From: Raillietiella orientalis
Taxonomy: Eukaryota
Assembly (NCBI GenBank): GCA_036172245.1
Contig: JAYWIR010000013.1
Coordinates: forward strand, 3,286,001 to 3,350,000
Direction of reading: 5' to 3'
Length of the DNA stretch: 64,000 nucleotides
Position numbers and translations under genes: made by a program. The notes under the pieces were generated by a model. The model worked only from the letters and a program-made list of their open reading frames with translations. It was not told the origin of the DNA and searched no databases. Below, piece by piece: positions 23,401 to 35,725 of the stretch (positions within the stretch are counted from its first letter, which is position 1; every line of letters begins with the position of its first letter).

Positions 23401-26400
23401 GCTGATCAGCCATATTTCCTTTGCACTGCTATAAAGAATTGAAAGCTATCAAGGGCTTAGTCTGTTATCAAGGTGTTCCTGTCAGTATCAGGGAATGCTT
23501 TGATTTCTTTGCCAAAAGAATTGCTTAAGAATATGCAAGCTAGTGTGCATGCACAGTGCTTGAGTAAACATTTTTTGAACTAGACTAGGAGGAAAACTTA
23601 ATGCAGCTGGGTGCGTACTAAATTGCACAGTACTTAATTTTTTATCACAACATGAAATAATAATCGTGTATAGTGACAAGATAAATAATGGTATGAGTTT
23701 TTGTTATAAAAAATGTCATTCATTACATTTTATGTTCTATGTATAAAGCACATATGGGCTTTTTATATTTAGTAGTGCCTTGTTAATATTTTATGATAAT
23801 AAAATTGACATTTATTGCAGGTTTGGGATATGTTGTCTCATTTGCCTTATTACAAAGGTGCATCTTTATGGAATGTTTTGTGGTTGCCATGTGTACTCAA
23901 CTTATTGTTTTTATTGAGCTATCACTTTCTAAAGGTAAATGGAATAACAAAAAAAAATTATGTCCACATGAACACCTGTTGGTTAGAAAAATGTTTTTGT
24001 TTCTTTTGTTTTGTCATAGCAATCCTCCCAGGAACGTTCTTTGCGGAAAATTATATCGAATTTAAATCAAGAGATCCAGCATCTTCGTTTTGCCAATGAG
24101 TCCATTCGCAGAAAGCAAGCAAACAATACGAATTCCGTATGTATACGTTTTCCCAGTTTCTACAGTATTTTGTCGGTGTTCTTGATAGGAGATGAAACTG
24201 AGACAAGAGCTTGAGCTAGAGAAGGTATGTGATTGCACAAGTTTTAATAATGGATATTAGTGCATATCTGAGAGAGAAAGCATGTTTTTTGTGTGCAGGA
24301 AAGTTGCTGCAAACAGAAGCAGCAGATCACTGATTTGGAAAACAAGATTAAGACATTAGGTCTTGCCAATGTGGAGCTCAGTGAGATGTTGGAGCATTTT
24401 AAGAAGACTCAGAATTCTTCTGAAAATGTGTTGGAGGTTATAGGCAACCTGCAGAAACAGATCGATAAACAACAAAATATTGTTGAAGGTTTCAAACTGA
24501 AAATCGCTCAAAAAGAAAAGGAAGTATGTAAAGGAAGCTCAGAATGTATTCACTGTCTTATGTTTAGAAAGATGGCTTATTGAAACAATTAGAAGGTCTT
24601 GCAAAGGAGAAAGGCACCCTGCAACATCAGCTGCAGGAGGTTGGTATTGTTTTAAGAATTGTAATTATTGTGCCCTGTTGCAGAAGGAACAAGCTGAAAA
24701 GAGTTTGACTGCTCTCAGTGAAGACTATGCCAAAAGCCTCCAGCATTGTCAACAGGTATGCCTGAGATGGATGACCCTGCTGTGTGATCTTTTGCTTGGT
24801 AGGAAATGAAACAGCAGCAAGAGCAGATACACCACCTGAAGGAAGAGAACTCCAAACTAAAGTCTGAAATTGAAGTTGCTCAAGAGCAATTAGTTGATGC
24901 AGGGAATACCTCAACAGCTCTGAAGGAATGTTTGGGCAAACTAGAGAAGCGTGTAAATGGTAAATAAATTAAGCAAGCAGCACTGATGTGTGTAGATGAG
25001 TCCAGTGAAACATTGGATTTGAATGAGATCTTTGAGATCAGTAAACTCAAGAAGAATTTGCACTTATCTGTTCAGAAACAGGAGGCTTTGGAAGAGGACT
25101 TAAGAGCCAGCAAAGAAGCTTTGAAAACGGTGCTCGGTAAGGGGTGCATATGAAGTTGCTTAATTAACTTGCAACTAGAGGAAAACAAAAAAAATGACGA
25201 GGAGTTTACCATGCTCCAGAAATCCCATCTGATAACCTTGAAGGAGAAGCTGGAAATCCAAACCAAACTGGATGTGTTGACGAATTATTTCAAGGAAAAA
25301 GAGACCGAGCTTCAGAAGTAACATCATCACAGTGACAACTTGCATACTCCACTTGTTTCCAGAGAACTAGGATTTCATCAGATTCAAGTTACACAGAATG
25401 GTGATGCAGCAGCTTCTCTTCAACAACAGTTGCTAGCAGCTAGAGAAGAAGTGGATGCACTTAAGTAAGTGCTGTTTACTTCTAGAATACTGTTGCATGC
25501 TTCTTGGGAAACATTATGCAGATGTGGCTAGCATTAGGTCAGGTCCTTCACCCCAAAAATGCTTAAATGGAACTTTCTTCCCACCCAGCAAAAACACATT
25601 ATGGTGTTGTAGCATACCGTAAATGTTCAGAATAAATCCCTTTAGATGCATCATCCCTGGACTTTGAGAAGGACCGATAAAATACCTTGTTCTGTGTGTT
25701 TACGTATTTTCTGAATGTAGTTTTTTGGCATAACTGTAAATCATGTTCTTACCTTTCACTCTATATCCAAGGTCACAACTAATCTCCACAAAAAAAGAAC
25801 TAACTGATCAAGAAAACAGTTTTCGAAGTCAGCTCACTATTCAGGAAAAGAAGACACATGAGAGTTGGGTAAGGAGTGGTGGATAGCTTGCTTGTTGTAA
25901 TTGTGGATTCTTTGTAGCTGGTAGCTAGACAGACTGAGCGGAGACTGGAAGAGCTGAAGAGCGAGTGCAGCTTGCTGCGTTCCCGGCTTACTTTGACAGA
26001 TAAACTAAAAGCAGATAATTCTACAAGTACGCCAGCTTCAATCCGCACCATGTTTAAAAGAACAATTCTACTTCTATTTTCAGACCAGGAAGATAATTCT
26101 AGTCAAGATGTGCAGCCAGATATGAATGGTTTGAATCCCAATTGCCCATTACCCCTTTCCTTCCCTCCTATTGATCCATTTGGATTTCCAATACCACCAC
26201 CCCCACCTTTTCCTGGAATGCTTCCCATGCTTCCTGGAATGCATTCTCCAGATGCTGCTTTTGATCCACTTATGCCACCTATTCCACCTCAAATGTTAAG
26301 ACTGCCACCTCTTGGTCAGCAATTTCCCCAGCCCTTTTACGATGATTTCCATTCAGGATATAATTCAGATTTCTCATCTTTGCCAGCATATCCCATGCAG

Positions 26401-26679
26401 CCTCTATCTCCAAGATCGGAACATAGTCAGTGTTCTTTCCAAGCAGACTCTCCTTTGTCTGAACGATTTGCTTATGCTGGGGCACACAAGTAAGTAGAAA
26501 GTGAACTATGCTTTGATCTCTTCTTATGCAGTTCTTTTGAACAAAATGGTTGTTATCCAGAACCACAACATGCAAAGAATTCACAAAGGTCTCTGAATAA
26601 ACGCTGTAATTCTTTGCAATCGTCTTACGAATGGAAGCCTGATAACCAGTGTGATCATCCAAGTTTAGATGCAGAATGA
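20448..26679 (+). CDS. Tango1: Transport and Golgi organization protein 1 (TANGO1/MIA3 family): signal peptide, MIA/SH3-like domain, acidic lumenal linker, TM segment, coiled coils, proline-rich domain
   Basis: Exons 20448-20544, 21407-21540, 21606-22476 (probably with an in-frame 45-nt intron 21881-21925), 22521-23243, 23290-23348, 23821-23934, 24020-24136, 24189-24224, 24299-24523, 24568-24639, 24684-24755, 24803-24959, 24996-25136, 25179-25317, 25363-25464, 25772-25868, 25918-26026, 26084-26489, 26532-26679. All GT-AG with compatible phases. Motifs: RKCCDPLCS..LSFK..VKVFGKGAG..FWSVVINDQYGYV (MIA domain), TM WNVLWLPCVLNLLFLLSYHFL, KLDVLTNYFKEKETELQK, ENSFRSQLTIQEKKTHESWLVARQTER, and a PPPPPFP-rich tail. 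If the last intron is retained the stop is at 26493. Confidence 0.92.
22553..23110 (+). repeat. Coding tandem repeat, 96-bp (32-aa) unit, about 5.5-6 copies, in the TANGO1 lumenal exon
   Basis: Units start at 22553 (93 nt), 22646, 22742, 22838, 22934 and 23030. Consensus NTKVINDASLEGNKQHLSASHIEAPRVEERTT; middle copies are nearly identical. Confidence 0.97.
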
Positions 26680-26859
26680 ACATGAGGCATCATAATGCCT
26701 TCCTTCCTATGTTATTTGTGGGTAAAAAAAAAGAAATAATATTTATATGAAATTGATGATTATATATGCCGTTAATATACAGATATTATTTTGGTTACCT
26801 GTGCTTTTGCTTTAGTTCGACCAGTGTTCTAGAAAATCGTTTTTGCAGCATGGATTCTT

Positions 26860-29800
26860 CTAGGCTTCTATGTACATGTATTCTAGTGGCTCAGCAGGAA
26901 TGGGTGGAGGCTCCTGTGGGATTTCTATTCCTTCTATGTCTAGAAGTCGTATCTTCAATTCTATGTTGATGAGTGTTTCCAAATCAGTAGTAGCTTCTTT
27001 GCTGACCATTGGCTGGCCTGCACAAACAAAACTTAGCACAAATCTCGAAACTTGTGAAACTCGAATTCAGTTTTTTAATTCATTATCTAATTCTGCTTAA
27101 GCATGCTACAGAGTTGTGGGAGTTCATCAGTGTGATTCTCTGGGGCACCATTTAAATAGTCTGATAACGAAACCTGCAGAATCCTAGCATTGTGCATTTC
27201 TAAAGACTACATGCACTGTCAAACGGAGCATAAACATAATATTTACGACAAATGCAAGGACTTTTATTCGGAGTCCCTACTTTTTTCATACTATTTAATT
27301 TGCAATTCATTTCTGCTGCATGTATTGCAGAAAAATGCCATTCTTGGGCAGGAATTTCAAGGTTTTAAACATTCAGAACTAAGCTACGTCCAGTGTCAAA
27401 CATTAAAAAACTCACTATTCAGCACTCAAGAGAATCACTGGAGGAAATTCCAGCAGATGAATTTCAAATTCAGAACAATCATTTCAAGTACCTTATGACT
27501 AAGAAGCTATTACAAGGAACTGTGAAGAAGCTTTTGAAAACTGTTTTTGAACTGCATATTGGAACTGAAAAAACTGGTGTGAATCTTTCGAAATTCGAAT
27601 CTTAATTCATTTTCTACAGTCTTTTCCATATTTACTTGATGTTTGAAATTCTTGCAAATTCACAAATGCAGTTTTCACATGAAGTTTGCATTGAACCAGG
27701 AAGAGCATTCCTGGTTCTGATACAATGAAGTGATGGCAATACTGCCATAAAGTGGAAATCAATTAATTGAATCGGTGTGTGAAAAATAATATCTGATGCT
27801 ACTAAAAAATAAAAATCTGGGATCCTTCAATATGAATCAGCAATCAATGAATAGCAGTCAATAAAGTTTTGAAAGGAACAATAGTCTGCATGAAATATTA
27901 GCACTGCACCTGCAACAGTGTTCAGACTGCACTGTTGACAATACAAGCTATTATTCAATAGTGGGAATCGATGTTTACTTGAAGGCGATAACAACATGCA
28001 AGCATGCTGAATAGCATCATTGCTTATCTGCTTCATTCAACATCAGTTACAAAGAAGGGGAACTGAATGTACATATTTACTAGACTTCTTTCATCAACTT
28101 CTAAAGAACATGTGAGGAAAACCACTGGAAATCAAAGTTACTGATCATGCAGATAATATGAATGTATGTATGATTCAACTTCTGTAATCTTTACTTAAAT
28201 TAACTGCCTCACTTTCATGTAAGTCTAATATGGCAACAACATAAATCTCATATTATAACTTTCTATAAAGACAAAATTACAATACTGAATCCCCTCCCTT
28301 CCCCCCAAAATATGTATATCCAAACTTCCTTCTTGTTCTTCCACAAGTTGCAATGTTGTTTTAGACATGTTAGATGCATTTGCTATTGTTTGTGTGGTCC
28401 ATGTGATTGTAGTATCAATACAGTACTTCAAACACAAAAGCTGTTGCAAAACCATTTTCAATCATCAAACACATTATGGACATTATCTGTCTTAAATGTA
28501 CATCTCAATATTGTTTTTACATTATGTCAAAACTTGAATCAATTGCACAGTAGGCTATCTTTATTTGTGTATTTTCCAATCACATACTTGATTCCAATGT
28601 TTCACCATCATGCAGCACGTATAAACATAAATTCTTACCTAACAAAATACTAATTCCATCAATCCAATAATCAAACATCAATTCATCAGTTGCAATGAAG
28701 TCCAATGAATTAGTTTCATCTTCTCTTGATTCAGCTGCCTCCAGAAGGAGAGAGAATGCCAAAGGTGATACATTTTTTTTATATCTAAAATATTCACATC
28801 ATTTCTTACAGAATTTTAAAATACACAGCATATCATAAAATTTAACTATATAAGTTACCTCCAAGACAAAATTGTCAATAGCGATTTTCAAAAGTGCTGA
28901 AAGTTACCTAGAATCCTTGGTGTGTGTACAATCCTTTCCTGTAACCAGTGTCTTTATATTTTGGATCGCTAATTTGTTTGTAAGGCTATCTAGTGACGGA
29001 ATGCTTTTTTCATCACAATCTCCAAAATGTAAAAAACGATGATTTGGTGATAAACAGCAATAACAATATTTATTTTTAATTCGCTGAAAAAATACCAAAT
29101 AATAGTAAGTGTACTACTTTAATACCTGTCCTTTTAATGGGTATTTGATGAATTTTGAGCCTTCCATTAAATACTGTAATCTTTGCTGCTTAATTAAACT
29201 CAATATTTCAGGAATTAACTTTTGTTTCAGCTCAATTATGGGTTTTGCTTGTGATTCATTTTCCTCTCGACTTGCTCTTTCTTGCTGCCACAAATTAATG
29301 ATATCATTGTAACTTAAACTTTTTAGTTTATTCTTGAATTCCTCAAGAGTTTTGGGAAACATTTTCAGTGCACGCTGTACCTGTTCTTTTACAACATTAA
29401 ATACTTTATCAAAGTCTTCTACATTAGCCTTCATCTCTTTCCAAGTTTTACTGAGTAATGATATGCAAATACAAAAAAAGTCTTCAAATGGATTATCACT
29501 GGTAAAGAAGAGCAAAAAATTTTCTGTCTGATTACTGGGAGGATCCCCGATTTTCAATATTTCACAAATTAACTGTGTCATCACAATGCTAGCCTTTGCA
29601 AAAGGGAGTCCATAATGCTTCTCATTGCAAGAATTCTCTAAAACAATTCGCACATAAATCTCTGGATGATTATGCGCGAAAAAAATCATATTATCAAGTG
29701 GCAGTATTCCAGGAGGAGTCTGCAAAAAATCATTCACAGGATTTTTTTCATTTGTAAAGCCTAGTTTCTTATAGTCTCGGATATAATTCACTGGTTTTCT

Positions 29801-30811
29801 AATATTATTGTTACACACATCGCTTTCAACATCAAACACAATTCTTCTTAGTTCTTTTATATTATTACACACTTCATCACAATGGTCAGCACTCTGATAC
29901 ATTCTTTCCTTGTATGCATTCAGTAAAAACTTTTGCAAAACGTAAAGATGATAACCCAATTCACTTTCCAATGAATTATAATTGCATAAAACACTTTTAT
30001 GTATCACACTGTGAATACGATTTGATACAAGCATCTTATGTATATGATGCTTTGAAGATGGGCTACTTTTGGAACACAGAACATTGAGCAAAGTAAGGGC
30101 ATTCACTTGAATATCTTTCATTTTGTTATTCAAATGAGCAACTAAATTGGGAATACTTATACTTTTTTCAATGACATTGCAAAGCTTTTTACTATTGCAG
30201 ATAACATTTTCTAAAAAATCTAATGAATATTGCAAAATCTTATTGCAGACCGGATGGTCTGCTTCATTAACAAATTCCACTATTTTTGTACAAAAATCCG
30301 GAGCTAACTCTTCATAATATGATGACTGATGTTCTAAAACTGCAATTAATGAAAACAACGCAAGTGCCTGCATGTCTTGTTCCAAATCCGGAAATCTGCT
30401 AATCAATAGGGTGATTCCATTTCTCTTCACAAATTCCGGAGCAAAAATGGGGTCGGGAGTCAGTTTTGAAAGCTCTTCCAGTTTTTGCAAAATATCTTTA
30501 CTGTTTGCTTCCTTAATACTATTCAATGCATTAAATAAATCCTCACACGCATTCGCTGGTGAGACATCGAGCTCCAAAATCGAACCATTTCTTACTTCAT
30601 GCTTATTATCCTCTGTAACAAATATTTTATCATCACAATGAGAAAACTTGAGAGCATAAGAATCCGGATTGCTCAAATCCCAACCTTCACATAATTCGGC
30701 AATGAAAGAAACCAGAGAAGTATTTACATCAAATATTAAAAACTTGGTTTCCTTATTTTTCGATTTCACTGCTATTTTAACAAAATTTTCTTCAGCACTC
30801 TTCTCAGTCAT
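26860..30811 (-). CDS. ELMO: Engulfment and cell motility protein (ELMO/Ced-12), 4 coding exons, 721 aa
   Basis: Exons 30811-29126, 29083-28908, 28784-28639, 27017-26860, total 2166 nt, GT-AG introns. Motifs: VKIAV, DYKKLGF..NPVNDFLQTPPGILPLDNM, VRIVLENS, KTWKEMKA..DFDKVFNVVKEQ, a PH domain (LSPNHRFLHFGD..WIDGISILLG) and C-terminal IRLLDIEGIEIPQEPPPIP. Confidence 0.97.
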
Positions 30812-33800
30812 CGTGCACAACGCTCACGCCCTTGTTTTGCTGAGGACCTGGAAAAGCTGCAGCACAACGTTTACTGCAGCCTCAAACGATCAAAGAACTG
30901 CAGTGTACAAATTCCTCCAAACCAGCTTGGCAGGTTAAAGTTATGCTTTACTCTCAACGGGCAGGACGAAGTTTACTTGTTCAACGGCAGCCTGATTTTC
31001 ACTTCCCGGAATTCTCGTTTTCCTTGACGGCGAAGGGGATACACGAAAGGCAGCAACCGTCTTTTTTCTCGGAAACTCGGAGTACAGTTGGGAAAAAAAA
31101 AACACTTTCCTGAACCACACGTCAACACGTACACATCACTTCAAAATCGGCTGGGTTGCGTACAAAGGAAACACCACTGCCCTTACAAAAGGAAAGGTTC
31201 AAAAGCCTAAGCACACGAAAGCGCAAAACGGGGCCCTGCCGTACGGGGAGGGGGGGGAGCAGCAAACGAGAAGAGCCCGGTCAGAGTCAGGATGCCCAAC
31301 AGCACGAGCATGAAAATGAAATCAACGTGCTTCGTTCTCTAAGGTCCGTCGATCCAGCCAAAGAGTGTTCGAGAAGTAACAGCACATGGCAAGGGTCTCA
31401 TAGAACCTGCATGATTGTAGTACTTCATACAAACTCTGCAGCTGACTTCAGTAGGCGAGTGCTCTTCAAATGAGTTTCCTTTTTTTTTTTTCCTTTTCAT
31501 TTTTTCCTTTCGTGTTATTTATTAGACTAAAGGTTTGTCAATCCAAGGACGTTATGGTACGAAAACGCTTCGTGACCGACAGTCTGAGCTTTTGAACTTG
31601 AGCTGTTGCACACCGAAATGACGGAGACTCTTGTAGACGTCTTCTATAAAACTCAAAACAGCCCTCTTAATTCTCAAGAACGCGGTTGTTTTCATTAAAA
31701 GGACAAGATCCGGATGCGATTCAAGTCCAGGTTAGTGCATGACTACATGCGTCGCTTGACATCTAAAAATTCCTCACCATCCTTCACCAGTCACACCACA
31801 CCATCATTCTTCACTTCACAAATTTAATCTGTAGAAATGAGATTTAAATCGTAGGTGGACTGTTTAAATTTCATTTCTCCAGATTATGGTTGTGCATAAA
31901 TTTGACCAACGTAAGGAAAAGATATACTGTGATCAAATGGAATTTTTCCATGAGGTGCGATTTTAGCTCATAACTCGATCTCTCTGGAGGTTCGTCATGG
32001 TGTAAGGCTCGATTTGCATTTTTTTTTAAAAAAAAATGCACCTCCAAATGACGGGCCTCTTGGAAGTCGCTGACGAATATGAAGAGTAACAAAATAAAAA
32101 AAAGGATTAGTGTGGCATTCCTGATACACCCTGTGTTATGAATATGCAAATGTAGATGATCAGCAATTTTTCCGAGTCTACTCAAAGAATACGTACGAGA
32201 GAGGAAGAAATTCTCTATGTGCACTGCATTTTGTACAATGGTGTCTAGAATAGTTTCTGGAACGCCAGTCCTGCTTGATTCACTGGAGTCCGACCAACTA
32301 CCGTGATTTTATAAGCACTTTGTTAATTGTGTTTGCGTTCTTTACAGATCAGAGGATTCAGAAGGTCCAATTTTTTGCCCGAAAGGCACTTTATTTAACT
32401 CGTTAGCATTGGAATATTAAATACAAATTTTCAATTCATTTTACTCTGATACAAAAGATAATTAATTTTAATACTTTATTGCTATTTACTTAAATCCTTT
32501 ACAAAAAAGGAAAACAGCTCTTTTGACGAGAGGGCTTGCGGAACATGCGTTTCCTTGCAGGAAAACCAACGGTACCATTACAGTTGTTTTGTACACGAAT
32601 CCTATTGCTAGACGAATGCTAGACGAATACAGGGTCTGTGCGATGCTTTTCCGCATCGCAAGCGTGAAGAAGACTGCTTTCTTGCAAGCAGCCGTGAGCA
32701 TTCAGAGGAAGGTTCATCGGCGGCAACCCTTCCCTCACCGTCCTCGTGAGGTCCGTGCGCTCTCTTCGGCCTCGGTTCACTCGAGCACCCCCCACCACTT
32801 CCTTCCTTCTCCGTGATTTCAGATCGCCGTTGCTGTTGTTTTGAGAATGCGACGGACTGCGGCCGGTTGCCAAAGAAAAAGGGGAGGGTGCGATGCATCT
32901 CCCCTTTTACGAGCACTCCCGAGTGCGTCCAAAGTACAGCGTGGACTCTTTGCGGTGGTGGTGGCAGCGAACGTGCTTTGACTCGTGGATATTCGTCAAT
33001 TTTCGGAAGGTCGACATGCAGGATTTTCTATACCACAATAGGGGCTAGCAAGGCAGGAACTGAAAAAATCTACCGGCCTAATGGTTTCGCTTTCTTTGTG
33101 CCCTGCATGGTTTAAAAACGGGGATTGCAAAATTAATCGAACGCTGTTGTACTTTGAAGTGTTTGTTCGATGACGAGAGTTCCATTTTTCTTCTTTACCA
33201 ACACTTGTCGGAAATCAAGAATTTGTTGAGGTCAACTATTTCCTCACGACAAAACCGATGCGTCTCTTGGTATCAGCCCATAAGGCGGAAACGTGTGCTT
33301 TGAATTGATCACTGAAGTATGCTGAGCTTGTGAATGACAGTTTGTGCATATGTGTGATTGGTCATTCGTTCTCACGATGTGACATGCGTGGATTACAGGG
33401 GTTGTCTGTCGATTGCATCGGACTTTGAACATGATCGCAATCGAGGATCGTTAAGAAATCTGCTGATCATCATCTGTCCTCCGTTTGAAGTTCAACACGA
33501 GAGTGAAGTTAATGCTGGTATTCCTTATTTGTAATGGAAATCGCTGGATGTTACAAAACTTGTCTGTAAAGCAAGAAAAAAAATGTGGGGTGCTCCATTT
33601 TAGGCTTCAGATGGTTGGGGAATGTGATTCAGCGGCGATGAGAACCACTATTGGCGAGTTCGCTTAATAATCGATAATCCATGAGGATTATCCACCATTA
33701 AGAGCGAACTAGCTTTCTTTTGCATTTGAATATCGTTATTTGGATCATTTCGAGGTGGCTGATTTTTCTTAGCGAAGGAAAATCAGAAGATCTGATCAGG

Positions 33801-34326
33801 ACGCAGCTTAGGAAAGGATAAAGCGAACGATTTTTTTTTTGAGCTCCAGCAAATCTGCAAATGCAGTTTTGTCTTGAAACAGGATCCATGCTAACCTGTT
33901 CGAGGATGATAAGCTGAATGTTATAATCACTAAGCAGAAGTCGGCCTCCTCTCTGATGTGGCATCTGATCAGTCTTAATTTAGTGGAGGTGCCTCTGGGC
34001 AGGGGAATGAGTGAGGCCTTGAGGAAGCAAGGGATGAATGCTGATTTAGGTACCCAAGGGTGATTATGTTGCTTGGGAGTGTGAGATTATTGCTTTGGAA
34101 ATGTTTCGAAAGAGGAATGTTCTGAATTCTGGAGCGCCGCCCGAGGCAGCCTCCGAGGCAGCCAGCCAGAGGCTGGGAACCGCAGTGCTGACCTTGTTGC
34201 AGTGTAGCGACTGCGGCGACCCAGCACACTCTTTAGGGGGGCGGAAGACCTGCAATGGCACGCCTCTGCCGATGCTCCCAACTGCATCAGCTGCCAATGT
34301 TTTATTTATTCTGCATCTGTGCACCT

Positions 34327-35725
34327 TTATTTGAGAAAGGTGTCCCTCTTCCACCCTCGAAAGTGTTCGATTCGGAGAGATGATTCAGTGAGCTGAGCCA
34401 TCGAGCTTATTGGGACTCTGCTTCCCGGATTCCCCACAGCCTCCTGAAAGTGCCACCTCCGAAATTCCGATTTTCCTTCTTCTCTGGGCAAAAGAACTCA
34501 GCTTCCGTCGCCTGCCGGGGCGATCCGCGCTGCTCTTCAGCAGCAAAGCTGGTGGAGGGACCACCACGCCGGGAAGGAATCACCTCCGTTCCCTTCCGCG
34601 GAAGATTCGCAACGGAATCTCAGTCTGGATCCTTTATTCCCAGGTTCCCCTTCTGCAGGCAATTCACCTGGAAGCTTTCAGGAACAGCTGCTTCGTGAGG
34701 GCGTCGAGCTTCTCGCTGATGTCCATCAGGATCAGCTGGTTTTGCACGGCTCTCGTACCGGCCTTGTACCGTTCCGAATTGAGGTTGTTGCGGAGCTCCC
34801 CTGTTGCTTCCAGGATGGTTTCCTTCAGGTTGGTCTCTATGTTGACGTTCTTTAGAGTCTTCTGTATCGACTTTTTGAGATCATCGACGTTCTTTCTGAA
34901 GTCTTCCTGGTTGAAGTTTCTCTCTTCCTTTAGGAGAACAACCTCCAGCTCATCGATCCGACCGGAGAGATTCTTCATCTCGCTCATCATGTGCTTCTGG
35001 ATGTTTCCGATTTTCGCCACCGCCTTGTTCGTGTCGCTTTTCCTTCTCAGGACGTCCAGGTCGTGTCTGATCTGACCCAGGGAGTTGGACAGGGAGGTCA
35101 GGTGCTTCGAAGCTTCTATAGTCTTGGTGGACTTCTCCTCGATCTCTTCCACCTTGCGGAGCACTTCCTCCCACCGGCACTGCAGCTCATGCACCACCTT
35201 CCGGTAGTCCCCTTGCAAGGAGCTCTCTATGGAGCGCAAGGCACTGCCGTAGCTGTTGATGGCAGCCTCCCTGTCTCCGAGCAGCTGCTCAATGAGCTCC
35301 ACCTTCGAATCCAGCATCTCCTCGAGGGAGCGGAGGTCCTTCCTGACGCAGTTCAGTCGTTCCTCGATCAGCTCCTGCATGTGCACGTCGAAATCCTGGA
35401 ACGTTTCCTCCGTCTTCTCCGCCAGGATGTGGATGTTGTTCTCCAGGACCGAAAATTTGGTCCCGGACGCGTCCGCATGCACGTCGGATTCCATCTCCTT
35501 CACGCTGTCCCGGACCCTGACGAGCTCGCCCGAAAGCGCCCGCAGCCTCTGCTCCAGCAAGGAGCAGCGGTCGTCCACATGGCTCATCTGCTTCTCCACG
35601 ATGCGCATGATCTTCCTCTCTATCTCCAGAGTGATCTTGGCGATGGAGTTCTTCAGAGTCGTCACGACCGCCTCTTGGATCTTCTCCTTCAGCAGCTCGC
35701 CGTGCAGCATATTGGGGCTGCCCAT
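34327..35725 (-). CDS. Uncharacterised long coiled-coil protein (353-aa main exon, probable short terminal exon)
   Basis: ORF 35725-34664 has strong C/G third-position bias and heptad-like L/I/V spacing in E/K/R-rich sequence. The ATG follows an in-frame TAA and an upstream polypyrimidine acceptor (35752-35753). A probable donor AG|GTGAAT lies at about 34668. A phase-compatible last exon 34483-34327 ends in TAA overlapping AATAAA. No family recognised; the 3' exon is uncertain. Confidence 0.7.

Noticed and set aside
20300..31000. Horizontal transfer or contamination as the explanation for the AT-rich block
   Set aside because: The block holds ordinary intron-containing animal genes and grades into its flanks through intermediate-GC intergenic DNA. 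Misassembly cannot be fully excluded without reads.
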